DNA of 64,000 nt. It comes from Candidatus Bathyarchaeota archaeon. GTDB taxonomy: Archaea > Thermoproteota > Bathyarchaeia > 40CM-2-53-6 > RBG-13-38-9. Both the position numbers and the translations under genes were made by a program. Shown here in pieces: positions 31,050 to 42,781 of this stretch. A model generated the notes under the pieces. It made no database searches. It saw only the letters and a list, made by a program, of their open reading frames with translations, and had not been told where the DNA came from. The stretch's first letter is position 1. Each line of letters opens with the position of its first letter. Where the stretch lies: assembly GCA_963807605.1 (NCBI GenBank), contig CAWECG010000001.1:448001-512000 (forward strand), in the 5' to 3' direction.

Positions 31050-32132
31050 ATGCAAAAGGAGATGGACATTGGAATCCCAGACTCTCGATATGCCTATGTC
31101 CCTGGTGTCAAGACTGAGAAGGTAACCAGAGAATCATGGTTGAAGGCGGCCTTTCCAGAGTGGGGAACCTATCTTAACAAACAGATTGAAAAGACCGTCG
31201 TGAAACCCAAGACCTTTGTCATGTGGTGGTTCGGCGCCTGCGGCTACTTCGTCAAAACACCTAAGTCCAGCATAATAATTGACCAGTATAGCGGGCCCTC
31301 ACTCTACACAACTTTGGAGGATGGATGTGGCGTCTGCAGACAGTCAGGAGCGGAAAGAATAGACTGGTTGCGGCTTAACCCACACGTCATCGATCCATTC
31401 GCCATAAGAGAATGCGATGCCGTCCTCTCAACTCATTTTCATCCCGACCACTGCGACCCCTACACAATCACGCCTTTGGCTGAGAATACCAAGGCAAAAT
31501 TTATTGGTCCAAAGGTCTGCTGCGACAAATTCCGCGACTTCGGTGTTCCAGAAGAAAGAATCATTCAGGTAAAGTGGAACGAGACGGTCAGGATAAATGA
31601 CACAGAGATAGTTGCAACAGAGACCGCTGACAAAACTCTACTCTTCAGCGGAAAAGTCCTTCCGAAGACAATGGAGGAGGGTTCTGTCTGTTACCTGATA
31701 AAGACTCCGGGCGGAAGCATATTCCATAATGGTGACTCACATTACTCGAATCTCTTCTACAAGATTGGTTTAGAACATAACGTTGACGTAGCATGCCTTG
31801 ATTTTGGAGGAAATCCCCCTGGAGTTACAGACAAAATGACTTCCTTTGACTGTTTCAGAGTTGCTGAAGCGCTGAGGGCCAAGGTATTGATTCCTATGCA
31901 CTACGATAACTGGGCAAATATGCAGGGGGATCCAGCTGAGGTGGAATGGATTGTGAAGAACAATGCGCCCTGGATGAAGACTGTTATTCTGCAGTGGGGC
32001 TCCAGATTTGAGTATCCAACAGACCAAGACATTGGAAGGTACAAATATCCCAAGCAGGTTGATAGATGGCGACCAAAATACAGCTGGGAGTACGGAGAAA
32101 AAAGAAGAATAATCACATCAATAGAGGAGTAG
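31050..32132 (+). CDS. ulaG: L-ascorbate-6-phosphate lactonase (UlaG-like MBL fold)
   Basis: VTRESWL..FPEWGT, P.VIDPF.I, THFHPDH, HNGDSHYSN, TDKMT and PMHYDNW; ATG 31050 after GGTGAG. Confidence 0.8.
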   Translation: MQKEMDIGIPDSRYAYVPGVKTEKVTRESWLKAAFPEWGTYLNKQIEKTVVKPKTFVMWWFGACGYFVKTPKSSIIIDQYSGPSLYTTLEDGCGVCRQSGAERIDWLRLNPHVIDPFAIRECDAVLSTHFHPDHCDPYTITPLAENTKAKFIGPKVCCDKFRDFGVPEERIIQVKWNETVRINDTEIVATETADKTLLFSGKVLPKTMEEGSVCYLIKTPGGSIFHNGDSHYSNLFYKIGLEHNVDVACLDFGGNPPGVTDKMTSFDCFRVAEALRAKVLIPMHYDNWANMQGDPAEVEWIVKNNAPWMKTVILQWGSRFEYPTDQDIGRYKYPKQVDRWRPKYSWEYGEKRRIITSIEE

Positions 32133-32446
32133 ATCTCTTCTAATCAGGACTGTCTCGCATAACCGCGAACTCCTACATCCGCTTTTCCGTAATGCGCGTT
32201 TACGATCCTGCGATAAGGCGAGGGTTTAACTGATGTCGCTATGCTCTCCCTGCGAATACTCGCGCACTATCTTTGACACTCGTGGTTTGTATGCGGCTAT
32301 GTCTCAGCCTGCTTTTTCTTAAGATCGAGAGCGCTCCGATGAGTCTTCGAGCATGATGATGAATATCAGAGACTAGCTGCGCGGTCATGAGTAGGGAATT
32401 TTGAACTCGAGACATATTAATAGTATGCAAACTTAACTTAGGTTTA

Positions 32447-32483
32447 GTGCGGGGAGTGGGATTCGCGCACCAGTTTACCAGTA
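32447..32483 (-). repeat. tRNA-Leu 3'-end palindromic (att-like) repeat, copy 3
   Basis: GTGCGGGGAGTGGGATTCGCGCACCAGTTTACCAGTA, 37 bp identical to the copies at 39161 and 39837; different left flank. Confidence 0.9.
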
Positions 32484-32669
32484 AAAAAGCCTCCCTTGGT
32501 GACAGCCCCGCACCGTTTTCGCTTCTAATCGGGCACAAAATTCGCGCAGGTTCGTACCTTGAACGGTTTGAACTTGATTCGCGAAATGCAACGCACATAT
32601 AGAGACACGAGGATTGGCGGTTCATTCTATGTATGGTTAGCGCTCACTCGGAAAGATTATCAGTTCTAG

Positions 32670-33167
32670 CTAGACCATTATGTCCGTGCTTTCCTTAGAT
32701 GTCTCAAAGACTATGCATGTCAAGGTCTTCTCAACCCCATCCATAGTTCTCAAATCATTCATCACAAAATTGCTGAGCTCATCCACATCTTTTCCTTTGA
32801 GTTTGATCAGCATGTCCCAATCACCTGTGATTATATGTACTTCTTGGACTTCCGGGTGTTTCGCGACTTCCTTAGCTATTCTCCTATGAGATGTCAGTCC
32901 TTCTTTGCTAGCGGGGTATGCGAATGAAGCGAAGACAAAGGCGGTTGCAGACCTATCCAAACTCTTTGGGTCTAGAATGGCCTTGTATCCCTTGATTATT
33001 CCGAGTTCCTCCATCTTCCTAACTCTGGCATACGCCGTGGTTACTGGGCCCCCTGTTTCTTCTGCGATATCTTTTGATGATAGGCGCCCATTTGATTGGA
33101 GTAATCTCAATATTGCCCTTTGTTTATCGTCAAGATGCATGATTGTATATTTTACATATTCTATCAT
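32670..33167 (-). CDS. Lrp/AsnC family transcriptional regulator, divergent from the dehydrogenase cluster
   Basis: LDDKQRAIL..LQSNGR HTH, RVRKMEELGIIKGY and VHIITGDWDM; start may be ATG 33140. Confidence 0.92.
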   Translation of the reverse strand: MIEYVKYTIMHLDDKQRAILRLLQSNGRLSSKDIAEETGGPVTTAYARVRKMEELGIIKGYKAILDPKSLDRSATAFVFASFAYPASKEGLTSHRRIAKEVAKHPEVQEVHIITGDWDMLIKLKGKDVDELSNFVMNDLRTMDGVEKTLTCIVFETSKESTDIMV

Positions 33168-33247
33168 AATATTCTTACGTTTTTTGATTTTTTGTTAATT
33201 TTTTTGAAATATTGTTTAAGAGTCACGTCCAATCATAGAGAGAGAAC

Positions 33248-35215
33248 ATGACGGCCCAATGTCTCGGTAACGATACAGATCTTGTTAGGCTCTTTGAGAC
33301 GATGCTGAAGATACGGTGTTTCGAGGAGAAAGTTGCCAAATTATATCTTCAAGGAGATTCCATTGTTGGGCCCCTTCATCTATATGCTGGACAGGAAGCT
33401 GTAGCTGTCGGCGTGTGTTCTAACCTGAGAAGATCTGACTATATAGTCAGCAACCATCGGGGACACGGACATTGCATCGCCAAAGGCGCCAGACTAGACA
33501 AAATGATGGCTGAACTTCTCGGAAAAGAGACGGGCTATAACAAGGGCAGAAGCTCCTCAATGCACGTGATGTCCGCGGATCTCGGGATACTTGGGACAAG
33601 TAGCGTAGTGGCCGCGGGTATGCCAATCGCTGCGGGTATCGGCCTATCGATAAAATTGAGAAGAACTGACCAAGTAGTTGTCTCATTCTTTGGTGACGGT
33701 GCTTCAAACAACGGAAATTTCCATGAAAGTCTAAACCTCGCCGCAATTTGGAAACTGCCAACAATCTTTGTTTGCGAGAACAATATGTACGCAGTTTCTA
33801 CACCAACATACAACTCGACCTCTGTCAAAGACATCAGTGTTAGAGCCTCTGCATACAATATTCCAGGTTTTACTGTAAACGGAATGGACGTTCTTGAGGT
33901 CGCCAAGGTTGTAGGCGAGGCGGTTGAGCGGGCTAGAAAAGACGGCGGACCAACTTTGATCGAGTGCAAAACCTATCGTTTCAGAGCTCACGGTGAGGGG
34001 GAGACACTCAAATACAGAGCCGATAATGAAATCCAAAAATGGAAAGAACGATGTCCTATCCGTACTCTGAGAGAAAGACTTCTTAACGAAAAAAACCTCA
34101 GTGAAGAAAAAGCAAATCATATTGAACAAGAGATCAGGGCACAAGTCGATGATGCAGTTCGATTCGCCGAAGAAAGTCCTTTTCCACAAATCTCTATTGA
34201 AGAAGTTGAAAAGATATCACAGGCCAATCCGGAATTTCAGACTACGAGAGAGATTACGTTTATCGAGGCTTTACGTGAGGCTCTTCGTGAAGAGATGAGA
34301 CGGGACGAAGCCGTCTTCTTATTGGGCGAAGATATTAGGTACGCTCTTTGGGGAGTAACGAAAGGCCTTGTAGACGAATTTGGGAAAGAAAGAGTCCGAG
34401 ACACTCCAATATCTGAGAATACGATAATAGGTGTTGCTTTAGGTTCGGCAATGACCGGAATGCGCCCAGTCGCAGAAATTATGTTTGTGGACTTTTTGCC
34501 TTTATGCATGGATCAAATAGTGAATCAAGCAGCAAAGGTCAGATTTCTATCAGCAAATCAGCTCAATGCACCAATGGTTATAAGATCACCAATCGGTCTA
34601 GGCAGATCAGCTGGACCACAGCACTCTCAAAGCTTCCTATCATGGTTCATGCATGTTCCCGGTATCAAAATTGTAGCACCATCAACTCCACGCGATGCAA
34701 AAGGCCTACTGAAGACAGCGATTAGACAGAATGACCCAGTACTTTTTGTCGAAGCACTATCGCTCTATGGAGTTAGAGGCCCTGTTCCCGAAGAAGAGTA
34801 CACGATTCCCTTCGGCAAAGCAGATGTCAAGAAAGTCGGTGAAGATGTGACTCTCATCGGCATCTCTACAATGATCCCAAAAGCTATCGCGGCCTGCGAA
34901 AAATTGACAAAGAAAGGCATCAACGTCGAGCTGATTGATCCGCGAACCTTATCACCGCTTGATAAGCGAACCATGATAGATTCTGTTAAGAAGACGGGCA
35001 GACTCGTAGTGGCGGAACCTGAATGCAAAATTTGTGGTGTTGGTTCCGAAATTGCAGCTATCATGTCTGAAGAAGCGATCGATTATTTAGACGCACCTAT
35101 AAAACGAGTTGCAGTTCGTGATTCACCGATACCTTGCAGCCCTTCACTGGAGAGATACATCATTCCAAATGAAAATGACATAATGAAGGCGGTTGTTGAA
35201 ATAACCCACAGTTAG
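33248..35215 (+). CDS. Fused E1 alpha/beta subunit of 2-oxoacid (pyruvate/acetoin) dehydrogenase complex
   Basis: HLYAGQEA, NHRGHGH, TPP motif GDGA..ENN and TYRFRAH, followed in frame by DTPISE, GPQHSQS and DPRTLSPLD. Confidence 0.92.
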   Translation: MTAQCLGNDTDLVRLFETMLKIRCFEEKVAKLYLQGDSIVGPLHLYAGQEAVAVGVCSNLRRSDYIVSNHRGHGHCIAKGARLDKMMAELLGKETGYNKGRSSSMHVMSADLGILGTSSVVAAGMPIAAGIGLSIKLRRTDQVVVSFFGDGASNNGNFHESLNLAAIWKLPTIFVCENNMYAVSTPTYNSTSVKDISVRASAYNIPGFTVNGMDVLEVAKVVGEAVERARKDGGPTLIECKTYRFRAHGEGETLKYRADNEIQKWKERCPIRTLRERLLNEKNLSEEKANHIEQEIRAQVDDAVRFAEESPFPQISIEEVEKISQANPEFQTTREITFIEALREALREEMRRDEAVFLLGEDIRYALWGVTKGLVDEFGKERVRDTPISENTIIGVALGSAMTGMRPVAEIMFVDFLPLCMDQIVNQAAKVRFLSANQLNAPMVIRSPIGLGRSAGPQHSQSFLSWFMHVPGIKIVAPSTPRDAKGLLKTAIRQNDPVLFVEALSLYGVRGPVPEEEYTIPFGKADVKKVGEDVTLIGISTMIPKAIAACEKLTKKGINVELIDPRTLSPLDKRTMIDSVKKTGRLVVAEPECKICGVGSEIAAIMSEEAIDYLDAPIKRVAVRDSPIPCSPSLERYIIPNENDIMKAVVEITHS

Positions 35216-35291
35216 TGTTTGTTCCGAGTAACTCACACCAATCATAGCATTAAGATGATGACATTCCGCACGCGCTTGGAGGACAAGAAGA

Positions 35292-36494
35292 ATGGTGACA
35301 GAAATAAAAATGCCAAGATATGGTTGGACGATGACCGAAGGTAAGATTGTTAGGTGGTTGAAGAGAGAGGGCGACCCAATAAAAAGTGGGGAGGCCATAT
35401 TCGAGATAGAAACTGAAAAGGTTGAGACAGAGGTTGAAGCCGTAGCCTCGGGAATACTCTCCAAGATTCTGGTATCAGAGGGGACTGTAGTTTCAGTCGG
35501 TCAACCGATCGGGATAATTTCTGAATCTGGAGAGGAACTGCCTTCGATATCTCCCACTATGGGAGATTTGGAAGTTGAACCGAGAACAACAGAAGCAGCA
35601 CCCTCACACGAGTGTGATACAAAACCCCAACCAAAAAGGGAACTAAGAGTATCGCCGCTAGCCAAGCGACTCGCAGAACAGCATGGCATAGACATTAATA
35701 TGATCAATGGATCGGGGCCCGAAGGAAGAATAGTTAAAGAAGACATCTTGAAAGCAGCTGAACTTCAAAAGAAAGGCTTGGAAATTGGACCGAAACAGGA
35801 ACTTCGTGAGAAGATAATACCTCTGACAGGTACTAGAAAGGTAATCGCAGATCGAATGGCGCAAAGTGCAAAGGCTACGGCACGTGTTTTATACACTATA
35901 GAAGTCGACATGTCCAGAACCGTAAAGCTCCGCCAATCTCTCTTGGAAGAAATTGAAGAAAAAGCGAAGGTACACCTGTCGTTAACAGACATAATTGTAA
36001 AAGCAGTCGCCAAGGCCCTAGAGCAACATCCGATAATGAACTCTATCCTTCTAGAAGATGGGATACATCTAATCGAAGACATCAACATAGGAGTTGCCGT
36101 AGCCTTAGAAGATAACCTGCTGGTGCCCGTAGTGCATAACGCAAGCAAGAAATCACTACTTGAGATCGCCACCCAGTTGACTACTTTGGTTGAGCAAGCA
36201 GAAAAAGGGGAACTTAGTGCTAAAGAGACTACTAGAGGAACATTCACGATTACTAACCCGGGCATGCTTGGAATCGATATACAAATGCCTGTGATCAATA
36301 CGCCTGAAAACTCAATACTCGGCATTGGGACCTTGTGGGATAAACCTGTGGCCGAAAATGACCGAATAGTCATCAGACCAATGATGAGGTTGAATCTAGT
36401 CTTCGACCATCGAGTTATCGACGGTGCCCCCGCAGCCAAATTCCTTCAAACACTGAAGAGCATCCTTGAGAACCCTGACAACCTGCTTCAATGA
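35292..36494 (+). CDS. Dihydrolipoamide acyltransferase (E2)
   Basis: Lipoyl domain IETEKVE, E3-binding SPLAKRLA..GSGPEGRIVKED, catalytic DHRVIDG. Confidence 0.93.
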   Translation: MVTEIKMPRYGWTMTEGKIVRWLKREGDPIKSGEAIFEIETEKVETEVEAVASGILSKILVSEGTVVSVGQPIGIISESGEELPSISPTMGDLEVEPRTTEAAPSHECDTKPQPKRELRVSPLAKRLAEQHGIDINMINGSGPEGRIVKEDILKAAELQKKGLEIGPKQELREKIIPLTGTRKVIADRMAQSAKATARVLYTIEVDMSRTVKLRQSLLEEIEEKAKVHLSLTDIIVKAVAKALEQHPIMNSILLEDGIHLIEDINIGVAVALEDNLLVPVVHNASKKSLLEIATQLTTLVEQAEKGELSAKETTRGTFTITNPGMLGIDIQMPVINTPENSILGIGTLWDKPVAENDRIVIRPMMRLNLVFDHRVIDGAPAAKFLQTLKSILENPDNLLQ

Positions 36495-36537
36495 CATCGG
36501 ACTTTCAATACGTATCTAAGGTAGTTGACATTCAGGG

Positions 36538-37296
36538 TTGGAAATTTGGCGTTTGCTAGATCAAGAGTATGATGACCCTTTCATGAACATGGCTGTCGAA
36601 GAAGCGATTCCAAGAACAGTTGGGAGGGGGATAGTGCCCTGCACATTGAGACTTTGGAGGAATTCGAACGCGGTAGTCGTTGGAAATTTTCAGTCGGTCA
36701 ATCTTGAGGTCAATCTTGACGCTTGTAAGAGATACGACACTCAGATAGTCAGGCGATTCACAGGCGGGGGATCGGTGTATCAGGATCGCGGAAACCTAAA
36801 TTATGCCATCTCAATACCTGCGGATCACAGACTAGTGCCACCAACGGATCCTATTAGAGCATTCAGACACTTCTCAGAGGGGGTTCTTCAGAGCTTAAGA
36901 ATCTTAGGGCTGAGTCCCAAAATCAAATCTCTCAATAGTATAGAGGTTAACGAGAAGAAGCTATGTGGTGCAGCAGGGTCGATAAGATGGGGAACATTGT
37001 TCCATCATTCGTCAATAATCGTGTGCTCTAACCTTGATATCCTTAACCACATCCTGAGATCAGACGATTATGCATTCACACAATATGTCAAAAGTTCTAG
37101 AAAGCCTGTAACTACGATTTCAAAAGAGATTAACAGGCCTATTGCCACTGGTGAGGTTTCGGACATATTGGTCAGATGCTTTGGAGAGATCTTTGGTGTC
37201 AAACTGTGGCATGGAGCTTTGACGAAGAAAGAAAAGAAACTAGCTGATGAACTCTATGAGCGTTGTTCAAGTCATCGGTGGAATTTCAAGATGTAG
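36538..37296 (+). CDS. lplA: Lipoate-protein ligase A family
   Basis: NMAVEEA, RRFTGGGSVYQDRGNLNY and KKLCGAA. Confidence 0.88.
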   Translation: MEIWRLLDQEYDDPFMNMAVEEAIPRTVGRGIVPCTLRLWRNSNAVVVGNFQSVNLEVNLDACKRYDTQIVRRFTGGGSVYQDRGNLNYAISIPADHRLVPPTDPIRAFRHFSEGVLQSLRILGLSPKIKSLNSIEVNEKKLCGAAGSIRWGTLFHHSSIIVCSNLDILNHILRSDDYAFTQYVKSSRKPVTTISKEINRPIATGEVSDILVRCFGEIFGVKLWHGALTKKEKKLADELYERCSSHRWNFKM

Positions 37297-37376
37297 TCCA
37301 AAAAATTAGGGAATAGAAAGCATAGGAAGGCACTGAATTCATGATTCATCTATCCGAAGGAGTTACCTGATAAGTT

Positions 37377-38795
37377 ATGCGGCCAATTCTTGGACCTTAC
37401 GACGTAGCGGTGATCGGCGCTGGACCAGGAGGATACACAGCTGCGATCAGAGCAGCCCAATTCAAAGCGAAAGTCATTCTGATAGAGGAGAAGAAGATCG
37501 GAGGGATCTGCACTAATACTGGATGTATTCCAACCAAGACACTCTTGAATTTTGTTGAATTACTATCTGAAATAAGAAAGGCTGAGAGCTTAGGTCTACC
37601 AAATGACAAAATAGCTGTAGATCTGTCGTCGCTTATTCGCAGAAAAAATGAAGTTGTGACGAGACTTATCCAAGGAATTGAGTTTCTTCTGCAAAGTAAT
37701 GGTATCAAGACAATCTTCGGACGAGGATCCTTAACCAGCGACAGGAGGATAGAGGTTAAACAAAGCGATGGTAACAAACTGACGATAGATGCTCACAAAA
37801 TAATCATAGCTACAGGCTCCAAACCGGCAAGACCTCTTATCCCGGGACTGGAGGACAAGGCCATAGTTTTTGATGAAGATGCATTAAATTTCGGTGAGAT
37901 TCCGTCAAAGCTTGCGATAGCGGGAGGAGGTCCTGAAGGCATCGAATTTGCCCACATATATTCCCAGCTAGGATCAGAGGTCACCATATTTGAGATGATG
38001 CCGCATATACTGCCAAGAGAGGATCGTGAGATTGCTGAATATATTCAACGTAAGATGGTGCAAGAGGGCTTCAAAGTGGAAACCGACACCGAAGTCGTAA
38101 AAGTAGAGGATTCAGCAGGGCTCAAAAGGATTCATGTTCAAACTAGAGGACAAAAGAAGACTATAGAGGCTGAGAAATTCTTGGTTACACTTGGCAGAAT
38201 ACCATTCATAGAGAATCTTGGATTAGAGGAACTAGGAGTGAGAATTGTCGATGGCAAGATTGCAGTCAACGAGAAAATGGAGACGAATATTACAGATGTC
38301 TATGCCATTGGTGATGCCTCCGGAGGAGCTTACGCCCACGAAGCAATGGAAGGAGGAATCGTCGCAGCAGAGAACGCTGTGAAAAAGGAAAACGATTCAA
38401 AGACGAATTGGAGCATTATCCCAAGATGTCTTTACACCGTACCCCAAATTGCGGCGGTAGGCTTAACAGAGGAAGAGGCTAAGAAGCTGGGAGTTAATGT
38501 CAAAGTTGGGCGATTCTACTTTGCTGCCAACGCCAGAGCACTGACAATGAATAACACCGAAGGCTTGGTGAAAATGGTGACCGACGCTGAATCACAAGAA
38601 ATACTTGGAGTGCACATAGTCGGACCAAATGCTTCAGAAATCATCGCTGAAGCAGCACTTGCAATGAAGCTCGAAGCAACCCCTAAAGATATTGCGGAGA
38701 CGATGCATGCTCATCCAACTCTCTCTGAGGCACTCAGAGAAGCCGCAATGGATGTTAACGGAGATTCAATACATAAATTTAAGAGACATTCTTAG
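37377..38795 (+). CDS. lpdA: Dihydrolipoamide dehydrogenase (E3)
   Basis: GAGPGGY, GGICTNTGCIPTK, YAIGD and HAHPTLSE. Confidence 0.94.
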   Translation: MRPILGPYDVAVIGAGPGGYTAAIRAAQFKAKVILIEEKKIGGICTNTGCIPTKTLLNFVELLSEIRKAESLGLPNDKIAVDLSSLIRRKNEVVTRLIQGIEFLLQSNGIKTIFGRGSLTSDRRIEVKQSDGNKLTIDAHKIIIATGSKPARPLIPGLEDKAIVFDEDALNFGEIPSKLAIAGGGPEGIEFAHIYSQLGSEVTIFEMMPHILPREDREIAEYIQRKMVQEGFKVETDTEVVKVEDSAGLKRIHVQTRGQKKTIEAEKFLVTLGRIPFIENLGLEELGVRIVDGKIAVNEKMETNITDVYAIGDASGGAYAHEAMEGGIVAAENAVKKENDSKTNWSIIPRCLYTVPQIAAVGLTEEEAKKLGVNVKVGRFYFAANARALTMNNTEGLVKMVTDAESQEILGVHIVGPNASEIIAEAALAMKLEATPKDIAETMHAHPTLSEALREAAMDVNGDSIHKFKRHS

Positions 38796-39025
38796 ATCAA
38801 AGTACAAGAACTATTTTGCATATTCGATCCCACTGGTAAACTGGGATACAAACAGAATCACCGACCAGACTCAGCCTCAACTGGTTTCATCTCTAGCAAG
38901 ACATGCAGACTGATGACTCCAAGAGATTAGGGGGCTCTTTCCCTAAACGATAGCGCACGCTTGAGATTATGGGTATTATTAAGCGTGCCCACAAGTTTTG
39001 TCGATACGCGTTTTTTGATAATTAA

Positions 39026-39136
39026 GAGGTTGCTGAATAAATGATCAACGATGATGAAGACCGTGTCTTTGTGACAGACGGGAAAGGAAAGCTTCTCGGA
39101 GTAATTGCGAGCATCGATGTGTCTAGGAAATATTAG
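39026..39136 (+). pseudogene. Decayed CBS-domain fragment
   Basis: EVAE*MINDDEDRVFVTDGKGKLLGVIASIDV resembles a CBS repeat; in-frame stops; lies just before repeat copy 2. Confidence 0.45.
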
Positions 39137-39160
39137 AACTCTCTTCATAAAGCCCGTGCC

Positions 39161-39208
39161 AGTAAATTGGTGCGGGGAGTGGGATTCGCGCACCAGTTTA
39201 CCAGTACA
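39161..39208 (-). repeat. tRNA-Leu 3'-end palindromic (attP-like) repeat, copy 2
   Basis: AGTAAATTGGTGCGGGGAGTGGGATTCGCGCACCAGTTTACCAGTACA, 48/48 identical to 39837-39884. Confidence 0.95.
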
Positions 39209-39362
39209 TATAAATAAATTTCGGACTATAAACCATTCTAGCTGTCAAGGCTTTGCAACCACTGTGATGACGATGCGGTAGAACTGCGAAATCTCCAACC
39301 AGCCTAACTCGTCTAATCAACGTTTACAAGTTAGCATGAGGCCCTATTGTCATCAACGTTGA

Positions 39363-39443
39363 TTGTCTACCGCTCATAGAACAGGATGTGTCATTTGCGG
39401 CGAAGAATTGACATACGAAATAGATTACAGTCAGCTAGAGTGA
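39363..39443 (+). pseudogene. Truncated N-terminus of a Cys-rich Zn-ribbon protein (resembles DUF5714-type N-termini)
   Basis: MSTAHRTGCVICGEELTYEIDYSQLE* stops where the next Cys is expected. Confidence 0.35.
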
Positions 39444-39452
39444 GGGTGAAGC

Positions 39453-39779
39453 TTGTTGGATAGTGCTTTGTCGAATGATGTAGAAGCTCGTCAATTGGAT
39501 GTTACCGTCTATACAAAAAAGAATTGTTCAAGATGTGAGGCGCTGAAAGCTTTTCTTGATAAGCATAACATTCCATACAAAGAGAAAGACATACTCAACG
39601 ACGAGGTTGCTAGGGAACTTCTCGGATCAGAGTACATACGAAAAAATTTCTGTGATGAGAAAGGCTGCATAGCGATAACGCCCATCGTTAAGTTAGATGG
39701 AAGCTGGATGTACAAGGAATTCTTCGATGTTGGGGGATTCTCTGAAAAAAGAGCTATGAAGATCTTCAATCTCGTTTGA
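39453..39779 (+). CDS. Glutaredoxin-like protein
   Basis: VTVYTKKNCSRC, IPYKEKDI and TPIV.LDG; additional CDEKGC pair. Confidence 0.8.
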   Translation: MLDSALSNDVEARQLDVTVYTKKNCSRCEALKAFLDKHNIPYKEKDILNDEVARELLGSEYIRKNFCDEKGCIAITPIVKLDGSWMYKEFFDVGGFSEKRAMKIFNLV

Positions 39780-39836
39780 ACTTATGGCCATACTTGAGGA
39801 AGAAGGGTTAGGTTAAATGATGGTTAAATGATTGTG

Positions 39837-39884
39837 AGTAAATTGGTGCGGGGAGTGGGATTCGCGCACCAGTTTACCAGTACA
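39837..39884 (-). repeat. tRNA-Leu 3'-end palindromic (attP-like) repeat, copy 1
   Basis: Identical to 39161-39208; bases 39838-39864 (27 bp) match the tRNA 3' end and flank at 42639-42665. Confidence 0.95.
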
Positions 39885-39942
39885 ACCAACTTACCAGTTT
39901 AATCCTCGCCTCATAACGGGAGCTCGTTTACCAAAAGGATTT

Positions 39943-39965
39943 GCGGGTTCGAATCCCGCCCGGTC
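39943..39965 (+). repeat. Orphan tRNA T-arm/3' fragment (Ala-like)
   Basis: GCGGG-TTCGAAT-CCCGC-CCGGTC; perfect T-arm; no 5' half upstream. Confidence 0.6.
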
Positions 39966-40160
39966 ATATTCATCATTTCAAGTTTATGGATTATTTGGTC
40001 TAGAATAAATTCAATATTATTTTAGAAGTTCTTCAAAGTAGAGACTCATTTCATTCTGCGATCTTCTAGATTTGCTCATTCCTAAAGGAATATATAACGC
40101 AGTTATATATTAATAGTACCTGGGATATTTGAGCGGCAAAAAGGACGTTGGAAAGAATCA

Positions 40161-42448
<2,288 letters not shown>

Positions 42449-42510
42449 AAATCCCCTATGAGATCAGTGAAGTACTGTACTTCTGGGAAGCTGACATACT
42501 TCTTTTTCTG

Positions 42511-42642
42511 TTGTGTGTATATGCCCTAATAGTCATAGGTTTCGGCAACGTCGGTAGATCATTTCTGACCATGATAACAGAGGAGAAGGAGAAAATCGCC
42601 AAGAAATTCAATTCTGAACTGAAAACCGTGGCGCGCTGGTAA
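42511..42642 (+). pseudogene. hom: Truncated 5' end of homoserine dehydrogenase
   Basis: MCVYALIVIGFGNVGRSFLTMITEEKEKIAKKFNSELKTVA-RW*: Rossmann GFGNVG start of HSD after cysK-metY; ends at GCGCGC beside the tRNA 3' end. Confidence 0.75.
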
Positions 42643-42644
42643 AT

Positions 42645-42781
42645 TGGTGCGGGGAGTGGGATTCGAACCCACGAAGGCCTACGCCACAGGGTATCCTAGG
42701 TATATCTTGATACCCCCTAAGCTTGACACATCGCGTCATCCGCGATGCCCTGCCCCTTAGGCCAGACTCGGGTATCCCCGC
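42645..42781 (-). tRNA. tRNA-Leu(TAG) with two BHB introns (30/31: 42723-42748; 37/38: 42693-42715) and encoded CCA
   Basis: Acceptor GCGGGGA/TCCCCGC-A-CCA, D-arm, anticodon stem CAGGG/CCCTG, long variable arm, GTGGGTTCGAATCCCAC; both introns fold as bulge-helix-bulge; mature length 88 nt. Confidence 0.93.

Noticed and set aside
32239-32625. ORFs 32239-32625 and 13615-13890 sharing LVxWCxNPxPRT
   Set aside because: The shared peptide is only the translation of the DNA repeat; the remainder is unrelated and not gene-like
39441-39443. Selenocysteine at a TGA where Cys is expected
   Set aside because: A second in-frame TGA follows two codons later and the apparent homology does not continue
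13689-39884. CRISPR array interpretation of the 37-48 bp repeats
   Set aside because: Copies are 0.7-14 kb apart, derive from a tRNA end, and no cas genes are present
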